In this document: positions 40,180-53,255 of the stretch, piece after piece
How the letters are laid out: each line of letters starts with the position of its first letter
How positions within the stretch are numbered: position 1 is the first letter of the stretch
Source: Camelus ferus
Lineage: Eukaryota
Reading direction: 5' to 3'
DNA: 64,000 bases
NCBI RefSeq assembly: GCF_009834535.1
Contig: NC_045696.1
Span: 35,156,001-35,220,000, forward strand
The notes under the pieces: generated by a model
The model's database searches: none
What the model was told of the DNA's origin: nothing
The model's input: the letters and a program-made list of their open reading frames with translations, nothing else
Translations under genes and position numbers: made by a program

Positions 40180-42030
40180 TTAAATAAACTTTAAAATTCA
40201 GAATAGTTTCAGAGTTAGAGGTTTAAGAAGATAGTTTTCATATACTCTGTTTAAGAAGATAACTAGTTTGCATGTACCCACCCTAAGTTTCCTTTATTAT
40301 TTAACACTTTACATTATTTTGATATACTTGTCACAATAACTGATGTCAATAATGATGCGGTATTATTAACAGAGAAGATTTCCATATTTTTTACTAAATT
40401 TTCTTTTTATGTTTTTGGATCCAGTGCACAATACCACATCACATTATTCACTGTCTTAGTGCATTTGGACCGTAATAACAAAATACCAATTGGGTAGATT
40501 ATGAACAATAGAAACTTAACTGCTCATAGTTCTAGAGGCTGTAAAGTCCAAGATCAAGGCATCAGCATGGTCACCTTCTGGTGAAGATCCTCTTCCTGAT
40601 TCAAAGCTAGTGCCTCCTCACTATCTCCTAACATGTGTAGAAGGGACTAGGAAGTTTCTTTTTTAGAGTACTAATCCCATTCATGAGGAGTCCAACTTCT
40701 GGCTTAAGCACCTCCAAAAGACCATCACCTTTGGGGGATAGGATTTCAAATATGGTGGTGGTGGTGGGTGTGAGACAAACATTAAAATCATAGCAGTCAT
40801 GCTATCTCCTTAGACTGCTCTTTGCTGTGACAACTTCTTAGATTTTGCTTGTTTTTGATGACCTTGACAATTTTGAAGAGTACTGAGTTGGTGCTTTGTA
40901 GAATCTAACTCATTTGGGATTTGTCTAATGTTCTTCACATGATTAAAATGAGCTCATAGTTTTTAGAAGGAAGACCACAGAGGTAAAATGCCATTTTCAT
41001 CACATCGCACAAAACACATATATAAACATGACTATTTTGATATAACCTTGATCACTTGGTTGAGAGAGTGTTTGCCAAGTTTCTCTACTGTACTGCAATA
41101 TCATGCTTTTTCTCTTTCTTCTACACTGGACACGGAAGGAAGTCACTGCACAGATCACACTTAAGAACTGAGGAGTAATGCTGCACTCCTTTGAGGAAAG
41201 TATCTATGTAACTTGTTTGGAATTCTTCCATACTGGGTATTTGTGTTTTCTCACCTACACGTTTGCTTATTTGATCATTTATCTATATTAGTATGGGCTT
41301 ATGGATATTAATTTTACAGTTTTAACTATAATCCATTTATATTGCTACTAAAATTGTTCCAGCTTTTACCATGGGGAGCTATTTCAGTTGGCTTCTCTAG
41401 TTAATGTACCCTTATTATAATCATCATTATTATTATTATTTAGAAGTTCCTTACTATCTGGCACTACAAGATTCTCTAGGTTTATCTTTCATATTCTCTT
41501 CTTCATCCCTAGAATCAGCCATTTCTTAAGGCTCCTTAGTTCCTTTTCTTAGAGTCTAGTATTAAAGAAATCAAGATCTATGAGCTAGGTACACTCATTG
41601 ATATCAGAGTGTCATTGCTTCTTAACCTTCTCAGCTGATAGAACAAGGAAATACAGGCGTGTAGACTAAACCATATGTGTATAGTTATCTTAAAAATTCT
41701 GTGTGCATCTGTATTAAGGTAAACATGAATTCATATTGATGTTTTCAACTTAAATTCTCTATTCCGTGGATTATTCGAGCTTTTTCTCCTTGTTTGTCTG
41801 TAACCTTTCAGTATGACTATGAGAAGCCTGGCTACTGTCATTTGTCATACATTTACTCAACTGTCTAATACACATATAGAGTGTTGTCAGAATTGTTAAC
41901 CTCCTCCACGGGAAACAGCTTTATCAACTAGAGTACAGTTTTTATACACACTTACTTTTGCCTTCAGTATTATAGTCTCCATTCATTCCCAATGTTACTT
42001 AGGGAATCACCCGTGCCCAATTCAGTTACT
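40180..42030 (-). mobile_element. Old L1 (L1MC-type) long 3' UTR, interrupted by a MaLR LTR
   Basis: 'gtttttgatgaccttgacaattttgaagagtactg', 'aagaccacagaggtaaaatgccattttcatcacatc', 'ggcactacaagattctctaggtttatc...cctagaatcagccatttct'. Confidence 0.75.
40452..40795 (-). mobile_element. MaLR solo LTR (MLT1A/MST-like)
   Basis: 'tgtcttagt...taacaaaatacc...ctcatagttctagaggctgtaaagtccaagatcaaggcatcagc...caaacattaaaatcatagca'. Confidence 0.85.
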
Positions 42031-42046
42031 TACTACATTTTTTGTA

Positions 42047-42393
42047 CAGGCATATCTTGTTTTATTGTGCTTTGCAAATACTGTGTTTGCTACAAATTGA
42101 AAGTTTGTGGCAAACCTGTGTCAAACAAATCTCTTGGCACCATTTTTCCAATAGCCTTTGCTCACTCTATGTGTCGCATTTGGATAATTCTTGTGATACT
42201 TCAAATTTTTTCATTATTATATCTGGTATGTGGTCTGTGATCTGTGATCAGTGATCTTTGATGTTACTGTTGTAATTGTTTTTTGCATTTTTAGCAGTCC
42301 AGTATTTTTTAAATTAAGCTATGTAACTTTTTTAGACATGTTGCTATTGCATACTTCATAGACTACAGTGTAGTGTAAACACAACTTTTATAC
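42047..42393. mobile_element. Tigger1-derived TcMar DNA transposon (internally deleted, one end truncated)
   Basis: TA then TIR-like 'caggcatatcttgttttattgtgcttt', 'acaaattgaaagtttgtggcaaacctgtg', and opposite subterminal 'gctattgcatacttcatagactacagtgtagtgtaaacacaactttta'. Confidence 0.85.
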
Positions 42394-43031
42394 TAAAGAA
42401 TTTATAAACGTGATGCAAGAGCACTCAAAGTAGAAAGAACAGCAGATGCAATAGTATAGAAGTGTGAAACTGCACTGTATATTCTGGAATTTATAGGCAA
42501 TTCAGTAATTTTTGGAATATAAAACAGAAGTTTTTTTTTTAATTTCTCTTAATCTCATATTTTTATAAGTAGATGTCCATGTAAGGTATTGTGATCCTGA
42601 TGTGCATACGAATAGAAGTTATACCATTTTATTTTTTGAGTGTATTCACCAGAATTCATCAAATAAATGATTCTTCTCTTTAATCAAGAAATGAAAACTT
42701 CCTTCTGTCCCAACTGTGTACTTCTTGGAATGTTGAAGCATGTAAAATGAGTCTATTCAGATTCATTTCTACCCCTTCATTTTGGATGCCAATCACATAC
42801 CATATAGAGCCCAAAGATACTGGTTAAAAAATAAATGGAAAAAACATAATTTGCACATAAATTATGTCACTCATATATGTACTATCTCTTAGATGATAAC
42901 TCCCTGCAATTATAATATTTTAATCACTGTTATCGATGCATTTCTATAGCACCATTCTCCCAAGTTTTTAAGATTATTGAGAAGGATGTTGGTTTATAAC
43001 AAAATAGAAAAAAAAAGGCAATCAGATATTC

Positions 43032-43237
43032 CAGTTTTTGTGCTGGAAACTGCCTTGTAAGGCTTACAGAAGCCGAATGGTACATTCCTTTCCCAACTCC
43101 ACATTCAGTGACCTCACAGTGGCAAGTTGAAATTGGTCATGGTGGAAGTATATACATCACAGAAATAGCAGATGCAACACATCAGTTTTGTTCTCCCCAG
43201 GAGAACCAGCTATTAAACATTTATTAGCATGCAACTG
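43032..43237. mobile_element. hAT-Charlie MITE (MER112/113-like)
   Basis: 'cccaactccacattcagtgacctcac...ttgaaattggtcatggtggaagtatatacatcacagaaat...ttaaacatttattagcatgcaactg'; CAG...CTG termini. Confidence 0.7.
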
Positions 43238-46200
43238 AATATTTCTTTATAATTATCTTTCAGTATTGGAAGGAAGATGATTCCATAGTTTGTAGACCAC
43301 TTGAATATGTCTTTAAAAAATGTATATACTTAGAAACACCTTAAAAGTAGATAAAGATCACTTAATTGTATGAATAAAGTGACAATATGTTTTGTAAATC
43401 ATTACTGCTGCTTACATTGAAAGATTTGCCTCCAGCATGAGAGAGTCCCCAAATAGTGGACATTTTTATGTCAAACAAGAATAATGGGATCTAAAGTAAC
43501 AGTATTTCTACCACTGAAGTTCTCAAAGAGTAAAACGAGACAACCACATTAAGCTCCATCATGTGAACCACACTGAGATTCAGAATCAAATCTGCTATAT
43601 ATAGGAAAAGGACAGGATGTCTGTGAATTTCCACAATTTGTCTGTATTCTGTGTATTAAGCTGTCAGGGACTATCTAAATCACTTCCTTTTCTGTCACTC
43701 TGTCTTCGGACAACATCCTTTGAGACACAACAGCATTCAGCAACGACCTCTCCGTCCCTCACCCCAACCCCCAAAGTCTCAAAATGATATGTAAATCCTG
43801 CAATTCATCATGCTCTGTGTAGTACAGGTTTAATTCTTCCTCCTAGGCCTCAAACTGCTGAAACATTACTCTGATATACAGTACAAAAGCAGTAACAAAG
43901 ATGTTCATATCAGTCCATTGTGAGTTGGTGGCAGGCAGAGAAATCAATGAAGCCAAGGGGACAATAGCTGGAGTTTAAACAGGCTGCTGAAATTTGCTAA
44001 GACGCAGACAAAGGGCCCACACTGAAAGGCGAGCTACAGTGGAATTCCTCGGCCTCCATTATGTGGCTGAAACAATCCTCACTCAGAGAGTGGATTTGCA
44101 TCTCTAATAGAGTTCAGGCTCTGTTTGTGAAAGGCTTTCGCTAGGCCTGACCCCGTGTCTCAAGAGCACATTGATACCCAGGGTCTTCCCTCTGCCTTGT
44201 CCCACACCACAGAGAGCAGTATCATGGGAAAATGCACTAACTTAAAAGAAAGCAAAGGAAGGCAAGAGGAAGGGAAAAAATTAAAGGCTTGAGGCAGTTT
44301 TGGTGGTACTTAGCAGTGAAAATTACTTTGGCAAATAATAGAACCTACTGCTGGTAATTACTGCTAACAAGCTTCCCCCAGCCCAAATGTGACACTTGGG
44401 CTGATGTGAGAAAAGCTGACAGAGGCCAAGCTTATTAAGTTTGAATGAAAGGAACCCTTTCCCTATGAAAATACAGCAACTCAGGAGCTTGCAAATCTTG
44501 TAATCTAGTGTTACCAATTATTCAGTAAAACAGAAAAATGGTGCTGCAATATTTTAAATCCTTCTTGGATTTAATTCAGTATGGTGCCCTAATCCTAAGC
44601 AACTATAATCATGAACATCCTTGGTTTCCTAAACATGTATGCTTGGCTCCAAACAAAATATTGTGGGTACTTAATCTTCTCCTCCATGCAAGGAACCACT
44701 GGGGAAACCTTTCATACCTGATGTCCAGCAGATAGCCTGGCAAAACATTTATCTTTGGGAGATAAAAAAATAAAAAGGAAATGATCATAATCTGAAACAA
44801 GGCAATAGAATCTTGCTAAAATTCGTTCATGTCTTATTAATTTTAAATTAAAGTTGGTTTGGTTTAACATAGTAATGTTAATTTCTTCTTCAACCTTAAA
44901 ACTGTTTTAGTCACCAAAAGAAAGTGATCAAATGAAATTATAACATGTATTAATTATTATATTAATAAAATATTTTGCTTTGAGAGTAAAATCATGAGTA
45001 AAGATAAGTAGAAAATTATAAGAAATCTCAGAAATGTATTTTATTTATTACTATATTTACTACATACAGGAAAAGATCATATTCTCCCATTTTTAGGACA
45101 CAAGCGTTTGTTAAAAGGTGAGTATTTCTTGTGTGCAGTAATAATTAGATGAAAGATAAATTCTTAATTCAGAATTTTGAATTGAAACTCCATTAGAATT
45201 ATCTGGCATATCCATAATCTTTACATATTAACATTTTTACAGATTTTTTAAAATGTTACATTGACTCCATAGCACAAATGGCACCTCAATTAAGCCAACT
45301 ACAGAAATTTTAAGTGTAAACTATTTAAATCAGTGAAAATAATCATATGCTACTGTGGATATTAAAGAGCTCAATTACAACTTAATTTTAAACTTTTCAG
45401 TGTAGCTTTGACTTCTTAATAATCCATAAGTTCACTGCTTGAATATACCATTTGGAAGTTTCCAGTAATTTGTTTTTCTGTCACCACTGGGCAAGAGGCC
45501 ATATTGAGATGTTGTACACTCTATCACTTAAGAGTTTATATGGACTCAATCTGTATTTTTTAATATGACCGTTTTTACAAATAGCTTAAAACACGTTTTA
45601 AATGTTGAACAACAGAGAATGCCAAAGAGTCACATATTTGTCTAATTATTCATTTTGAAATATGCATGTTTAGTTCTAAAACTATTGTGTTTTATATGGC
45701 TATGAAGCCTTTAAACCTAAAATGCCCTTCATGCAGCAAAGTGTTGATTATTCATATATATAGTATTAGTGCCATGTGTTATAGACAAGCCATTTACTCA
45801 GCAATGAGGATAATGAAAATAGATATTGAAAACTTTATGCTTAATGAACAGAGTACATTTTTAACAGTTCCTTAGAAAAAACTAAATATTAAAAATTAAC
45901 ATTTAAAGATTAATATCATTAAAATTTTATATAAATTTATCTAACTCAAGATAATTTAAAAGACTTTTACCACATATCTTATAAGTAAATTTATGCTGTT
46001 CTTATAGTCAATTGATTCCTATGTAAAATTATTTTACTGTTACTGTACTGTTGGCAAAATCATTAAGATGCTTTTCTTTTTATTAAGACGTTTGTGTACC
46101 CATGATTGTTTTTATAATGTAAAATCACACCTAAGAATATTAAAGGAGCTAAACAAATGAATAAAAGAATATAGCAGTTCCTTAGTTTTTTTTAAAGCAA

Positions 46201-49200
46201 TATAAATTTTTTCAAATAGGTTTTGTGTGTGTTTTTTAAGACATTACATTCACCTTGAAGTAAAATGTGTATATTTAGTAATGCACTTTTTGACTAACAA
46301 TGAATGTTGTATTAATTCATATAATTGCTGTTCTAATGTGAACTACACAGGATATCGATGTTGCAGTAAGAATATTATTCTTACTGAAAATTCATAGTAA
46401 AAAAATAAAATAAATACATAAAGGAAAGGAATGAAGATATGAGAGAAGGTGTGAGAAAAAGAGAAGTCAGAGAGTTAGAGAATAAAAATGAAATGGGTAG
46501 AGACGCTGATAGGGTGGGAGAGGCAGATATGATTGAGAAGTGGGGGAGGAAGGTTGACAGAAATAAAGGGGAAGAGAGAGGAAGGAACCTTGTGCCTCAC
46601 CAGTATGAACACTCATACTTTTGTAATTCTATAGTCACTAGTATACTTAGTGAGAAATTCCAAGTTTTGTCAGTGATGCACTTTATCCAATTCATAATTC
46701 CATCCAAGACTTCATCTAAAACCTGCTCTAAGGCATTTTGTTTCATCACAGGGAAAGCCTGTAATTGAAAATGAACTTTATAAGAAAAAGCTCTATTAAT
46801 ACATTTCAATGGAGAAAAATTAATGACAAAATAATAAGACTGTAAAGAGTTTGGAGAAAAACATGCACACAAATTTGCTGGATCATCATATTTCTTAAGC
46901 CATGTATTATTATTTTTAAGTATGTAATAGAAAAAGATTAAGGGAAGTACTAGTTTATGGAAGAGAATGTGGAAACTGATTTCAAATACCTTATTCTACA
47001 AAATTTTGTGTCCAAGGCTTACATATATATATATGTAATATATATATTCTATATAATATATATTAAAAAAATTTTTACAAATAATTTGGAAGCTGGAAAA
47101 TGACCACCAGATGAGACAAGTCACTGAAAATGGGAGCATGCTGAGATCAACAGTCACACTAGTTCTTGAATGAAATTCTTGTTTAAGTCTACATACAGTG
47201 TGCTACCATTTTGTCCAGTTTTGAAACTGCTGCTCCCTTTCAACACCTTCATTTTCCTTCCTCACTCTACTACATGATGTTACTCCTTGTGAATTCTCCC
47301 TCTTGTATCTTCTGTGTCTGTTGCTTCAGTTCCATTTCACTCCCTTTTGTCTGACCACTGCTGCAGGCTCAAAATTTCCTCTCCCTCTCTCCGCTGTTTA
47401 CCTGAACATCCCACTCTGCATAGAGCTGTCACACTGATTATTCTAATGTTCAAATTCAATTATGTCATACTCATGCTCAAAAACTTTCCCATCTCCCTAT
47501 TGCCTTCTGGAAAATATTTCCGCTCCTCAAGCAAGTAGTCAAAGCTCTTCAAAATCCACACCAAACATCGTTTTCAGACTTATTCTTACTCTGTTCTCTT
47601 ACACAAATCCAACATCCCTACAGAAGAGGACTGTTATTCCATGGTTTTGTCAGTATCATGAACATGTTCCAAATCTACTTTGTTCTACTTGAAGTTTTCT
47701 CTCCCTATCTGAATCTCTACTTATTTTCAAATATGACTTCTATTTTGACATTTGCCCAGATCTTATCTGCAAGCAGTGTCTCTGAAACTTCATTGTCTAT
47801 GCTAAACAAGCCTGTACTTTATTATAATACATACATAATTAAATTGTGTCATTTAACTCCCAAGAGTACATAATACATTTTCTTCCCATACTAACTATAA
47901 TTTAATATTGAATGAATTGAATACACAGGAATAGAGAGAGATACCAGTTTAACTTAATAATAGCTATGAAAAAGGTACTTATAATGTTAACAAAGTAAGA
48001 TTATCAAGAGAAAATTTTTTCTTTTTTTAAGTTAAATATAATTATATTGCCTTTAGTGACAAAAACCAGTACATCCTTTAAATCAACTGGTCATTTTCAA
48101 TAATGAATGCACTTTACTACATTGAGGAATTTACTTCCAAGTTAATACTTTAAAAATCAGGAAGTGAAGAATATTCTTTAGATTTTAATTATGTCTGCAC
48201 AGTAAATATAAATACAGATAAATATACTATAAACTAGCCTTTAGGATATGTCTTTAAAGATGAGTTTTTTTCATGTAGTCCTTCCATAAAGAAATAACAT
48301 TTTGATTTTGATATGTTATAGAATATGACATTTCTTACTATTTATATCAGATTGATACAACATATAACATCATAATAAATTATGAAAACTATAATTTATG
48401 ACAGTATGGAAAGTAGCATAGTATCAGATGTGTAGACTGATTACCATAAAATTTTCCATAGGGAAGATACCATAGGCAAAGTGGAACAGAAAAAAAGTTT
48501 CTGAAAGCTTTAAAATAAACAAAGAAATTTATTGCTTATTTTCCAAATAGAATAGCACTGTGATCACATTATTTTAGTGAAACACTTAAGGCTTAACATG
48601 GAGTAATGCCTCCAGGCCCCATTAACATTCTAAGTCTAATCTATTGGAGCTGTTTCATCTGTTCCCACATAATAACAACAACAAAAAGTGTGCACTTGTT
48701 TTTGTTGTAGCGAAGAACAAAGACAAAATACATTTTTGAACTTGAATTTTTAGATCATAATAGCATCTTGTCTCCTTGGTGTTTCTTTCATCTTACCAAC
48801 TGGGTGACTTGTTGAAGGGAATAAAGAGAGAAGGCGTCATACAGGGGAAGCCACCGATATCATTGGCAAGTGAAGCTTGCGCCAGTACAGGCAAACACAA
48901 AATGAGCTTTCACGCAGGGCTCTGTCAGTGTCATTCAGCTTTGCCTGAATGGATAACCCTCTCATGATTTATCTTCCATTCATCAAGTCAATGCCTGGTA
49001 TCTTTTCAGTTGTGATGGATAAGACCTTACTAAATTGACTACTGCCCGCTGAGCATTGTGAAGCCTGAGAACTGAACAGGAAGGGGATCCAACCATATTT
49101 CATTCATATAGTAAGTCAGTCTTCTCAGTAGATCTAAAGACTGAGAATTATAAAGGGCCTTGTTTCAGCCGGCCCACTGGTCTGGACCAGAGAGCAGTCA

Positions 49201-49914
49201 AGGATCCATCTAGTTTCTTAGATTTGAAAGTTATGTAAAAATAGGGGATATTAGTAGTTCCCATAGAGGCCAACTGGAAAATAGGAACCTATTCGTTAGG
49301 AAGTATCTACTACTCCTTCAGGCTTTGTTCTAGACGATAGACATTTAGCTAAATCCTTTCAAACATTGTACTTATTTTATCATGAAAAATAACTATATGA
49401 GATAGACATTATTACACATATTTCACTGAAAAGAAATTGTTAAGCTCCATTACAGCAGTGACCCTAATTGACTTATTCAGTTATATATTCCTCAACTCCT
49501 AGAATAGAAGAATATCTAGCTCAATAAACGTCTATGGATAGATGGAAATGTGACAGTAATGGAGCAATGGAGGGTAAGGAGGAATGAAGGAAAGAGAGAA
49601 GGAAGGAAAGAAACCTAAATTAATATACTGGATTTAGGATTTGAAGTGTGGATATATATTTCTAAGCACTATGGGTTGGTTTTTTTTTTTTTTTCACTTA
49701 AAAAAAAATCACACTGAAAACTTTCAAGATACTTGTTTGACTGTGAGAAGAGGAAACACAGTGCATCTACTTAAATCTCCTTCACAAGTATTGCGTGCAA
49801 CTTTTGGTCTTTTAAAAAATTGTTTTTCTTTTTTCTCCCGTATTTAAAGACATAGATAAATTGTTTTAGTCCAAAGGTAAGGATATATATAACTTCTTTC
49901 TTCTCTGCAGAATT

Positions 49915-49916
<2 letters not shown>

Positions 49917-49961
<45 letters not shown>

Positions 49962-49971
49962 TGCGCACACA
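49917..49971. repeat. (GT)20 microsatellite with GCGCGTGCGCACACA extension
   Basis: Direct reading. Confidence 0.95.
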
Positions 49972-50935
49972 GTTCCTCCATTAGTGTTCTGAACTCCAGG
50001 TATCCTTTAAACAAGAAAATTATCAAGTGCCTCCTGTTCATCAAGTCATAATTTTAAAATATCAGTGTACACACTTAAAATCAATGCCACAGCATAAACA
50101 TGTTCAAAGATATAGACACTGAAAATGAAAAAATACCTGCACAAAAAAGGACTATTATAATTATACAGTACCAAAAGCAAAGAAAAAAATTACAAAACAA
50201 ACAAAAATAAATACAAACATAAAACAAATAATAGAACATTTTACATCCTGATACTGTAGTGATTGAAACTCTTATGATTACTTATCTTGTACCTTCACAA
50301 AAAATTACTTGAAAACAAGTTCCACAGTAAAAATAGTTATTTCCTTTATTTTCATGTCGGCTTTTAAAATCTGATTAAGATTCCTAAAACAATGGCATAT
50401 GGAAAAAGATACTAAAGGATCGTTAATTCTTCTGAAATGTGTTAACAAGGGTTATTTATAGGTGTACTGGATTTATTTAAACATATACAAAATGGAGATG
50501 AAATATATATCTCTTTTATATTTTTGAAAAGGAGCAATCTAGAAACCTTTTTTACAAATTTGTATACTCTTTGTTTGAAGAGTTAGCTAAGATTCTGTGC
50601 CTGGAGGTTGAAGGCAGGGGGCCCTCCACAAGATCATTCTCTATCATACCATGAAAACATTATGCAAGAGAAAATAAATCACCCCAGAAGCAGGGGGTGG
50701 AGAAGAGAGTGAGTAGTAAGTGATAGCCTTGTTTGTGTGTTTTTCAATTTTGCTGGTTAAGCTGTCCTCCTAGTTACATTTGCTTCGAATTTTCACTTTT
50801 TGTTTACCAAATGGAACGTATTTTCTTTAGGAAGCAAAGTAAACAAAAATACCCTCCTCTGACAGTGTAAGGCAGAGACAGCATTCCAAAATGGATAGGT
50901 CAAATGTACAAGGAATGTCTATAGATACAACACAG

Positions 50936-50972
50936 GCACGCGCGTGCGCGCACACACACACGCACACACACA
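50936..50972. repeat. (CG)/(CA) compound microsatellite
   Basis: GCACGCGCGTGCGCGCACACACACACGCACACACACA. Confidence 0.9.
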
Positions 50973-52261
50973 ATGCCAATGTAAATTAAACCTGTTGATC
51001 TCTACAGCCTCCTTTTCTAGAGTCTGATATAAAATTCACTCAAGAGCTAATGATAAAATTGTAGATTTTTTTCATTCTTTGCCTCTTTTCCTCTGACTTG
51101 ATCTATAACCGTTTATCTCTCCTAATCAGCTATCCCAGAGGACTATAGAAAGAGATGAGCTAGAATCAGCTTGTGTTATCTGCACAAAAGTGACAAGGAG
51201 GACTTTAACAACATAATTTAAAATAATGTTCTCAAATTGTTCTACCATATGAGTTCTGTTTCTTCTCTCTGTTCTATTATTAAAGGAGGTTGTTAACGAT
51301 GAACCAGTTTGATTTTATTAAATTGGCATTATAGGGCATGAAGACATTTTTAATACCATTTTGGTGTGGAAAAAAGAATTGGTGGCCCATGTTCTTATTT
51401 GTGATCCCTTAAGAGAATAAAAATGCTAACACCCAATGTGCCCAATCACACGCACCAAAGCTCACAAATGGGTTCAACTTTTATTCTATAAATATTTATC
51501 TAGGACTTGCTAAGTCCCAGGTGTGTTGTTCTAGGAAATTGGAATGTATCATTGCACAGTATACAAATAGCATTCACTCCTACAGCTTATATTCTGGGTG
51601 TAGGAGGAACACAAATTACAATAAATATTAAAATTATGATTACCATCAACCAAGAGTTGGAAAGGCAGGGTACTTCAATGCTTTTTGATCATTTATTCAT
51701 GGGTATGCTCTTTAACAAATCTTCAGGGCTTTCCACATTTTTAAAGAAAATAATTTGTTTGGTGGCCTTGAACACTTAAATAATCAGAAAGTCTAAGTTC
51801 ACAATGTCTCAGGGTTAACAAGTAAATAAAAATGACACTGGACCAAGACCAAGGAGCTCTAGTCTCTAGCCAGAATTTCACTGTCATCTGTCTGAGCTCC
51901 ATGGAGTCACATGCCTCCCCCAAACTGCATTTAGAAAGTAAATGGGAATTGGTATCACCTGATGCATTACTAGAAAACATCATTACTATCAAATTATAGA
52001 AAATTATAGAATGTCGAAGGAAGTACTTTTGAAAGGCTAGAAAGCTATTCACTTTACCCAGTGTCTTAACATATCTGACATTCAGTGGATACTCTATCCA
52101 TATCTGTTGAGTAGATGAATAAATGAGTGAAGAAAAGAAAATTTTTATCACTATTTATATCATTTTTTGATAACCTGTTTTGTGAATGCTTAGTCTTTCA
52201 ATTCAGCCTTAGTTTTAAAAATAGAAAAGTTAATTTCTCCCCCTAGGGCTACACAGAGAGC

Positions 52262-52287
52262 TTTTTTTTTTTTTTTTTTTTTTTTTT
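52262..52287. repeat. Poly-T tract (~26 nt)
   Basis: Direct reading. Confidence 0.9.
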
Positions 52288-53164
52288 CAGATTTCAAATT
52301 CACCTAAGAGCTTTTAACGAAGTTTTGTTGAAATAAACAATCAAAAGTCCTGTGTATTAATCATAATGAGCATATGCTTATTAAATAATGATGGTTCCTT
52401 CAGGTGCTCCTTGAGTGCTGTTGGTTCTGCAAAGTGGCTTAATTGTATATTTTAAAGTTAGCATAATATCCAGCCATGTGATACATTCAGAACAAACGAG
52501 TACTCAACTCAGCAGCTGCTGAAGGATTTAGAAGTAACAAAATTTTATAAAGTTTTATACAAATTAATTTTTTTTTACTTATTATGGTTTTACTTTATAT
52601 CCTCAAATTGTTATTTCTCCTCCATGCTTAATATTTCTCCTTTGGTCTGATAGACTGAAGAATTTTTTTTTTAAAGTAAACATTGAAAAGCAATTCATTT
52701 CTCTGACCAAGTCTCCAAATATCAAAGACCTAGCAACAGGGATGGAAAATGGAAGATGGAAAATCCAGACTTGGTTGCACTGTCACTTGGTTTCAGCCTA
52801 AATCTCAGTTATGTGATCAACCATGCATGTGAACAAAAGCGACATCTCAGAAGAGAGGAGGGGTTTCTGATGGAAATCACAGGGGAAAAAAGAATATAGT
52901 TAGGAAGAAAAAAAGCAAGAAGGTAGGTGTCAGGGCCTTGTGGGTTTTGCTAAACGGTTAGATGCCCCATGCTCTTTGCAGCAATTCTTTTCTTCTTAAT
53001 CTCTATCCTCTTTTTCAAAATGCATTAGGCCCAATCCGAAAATCTCTTGTAAAGGAAAGTTTTGTATATTTTTGATGTCTGTGGGAAAGAAGTGCCAGGG
53101 AGAGGTTTTATTTAGGAATGTATTTTGGAAGCATTTTCTGAGGGGAAAAAGTTTTTAAGGGAAG

Positions 53165-53255
53165 GACTTTGTCATTAATTAATAGTCTGAAATTCTGGGG
53201 CTGAATACTGGGGGCACAGCCCCAGAATTCCAGGCTAATAATTAATGACAAAGTC
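53165..53255. repeat. Inverted repeat, 39-bp arms (36/39 complementary), 13-nt loop
   Basis: Left arm GACTTTGTCATTAATTAATAGTCTGAAATTCTGGGGCTG; reverse complement of right arm GACTTTGTCATTAATTATTAGCCTGGAATTCTGGGGCTG. Confidence 0.95.

Noticed and set aside
49876..49910. GTAAG...CTCTGCAG mini-intron-like motif
   Set aside because: About 34 nt, too short for a mammalian spliceosomal intron.
51741..52151. 136-aa minus ORF
   Set aside because: Overlaps MIR/L2-like scraps; no protein features.
52262..52290. Poly-T ending in CAG as a splice acceptor or retrocopy tail
   Set aside because: No credible downstream exon, retrocopy body or TSD found.
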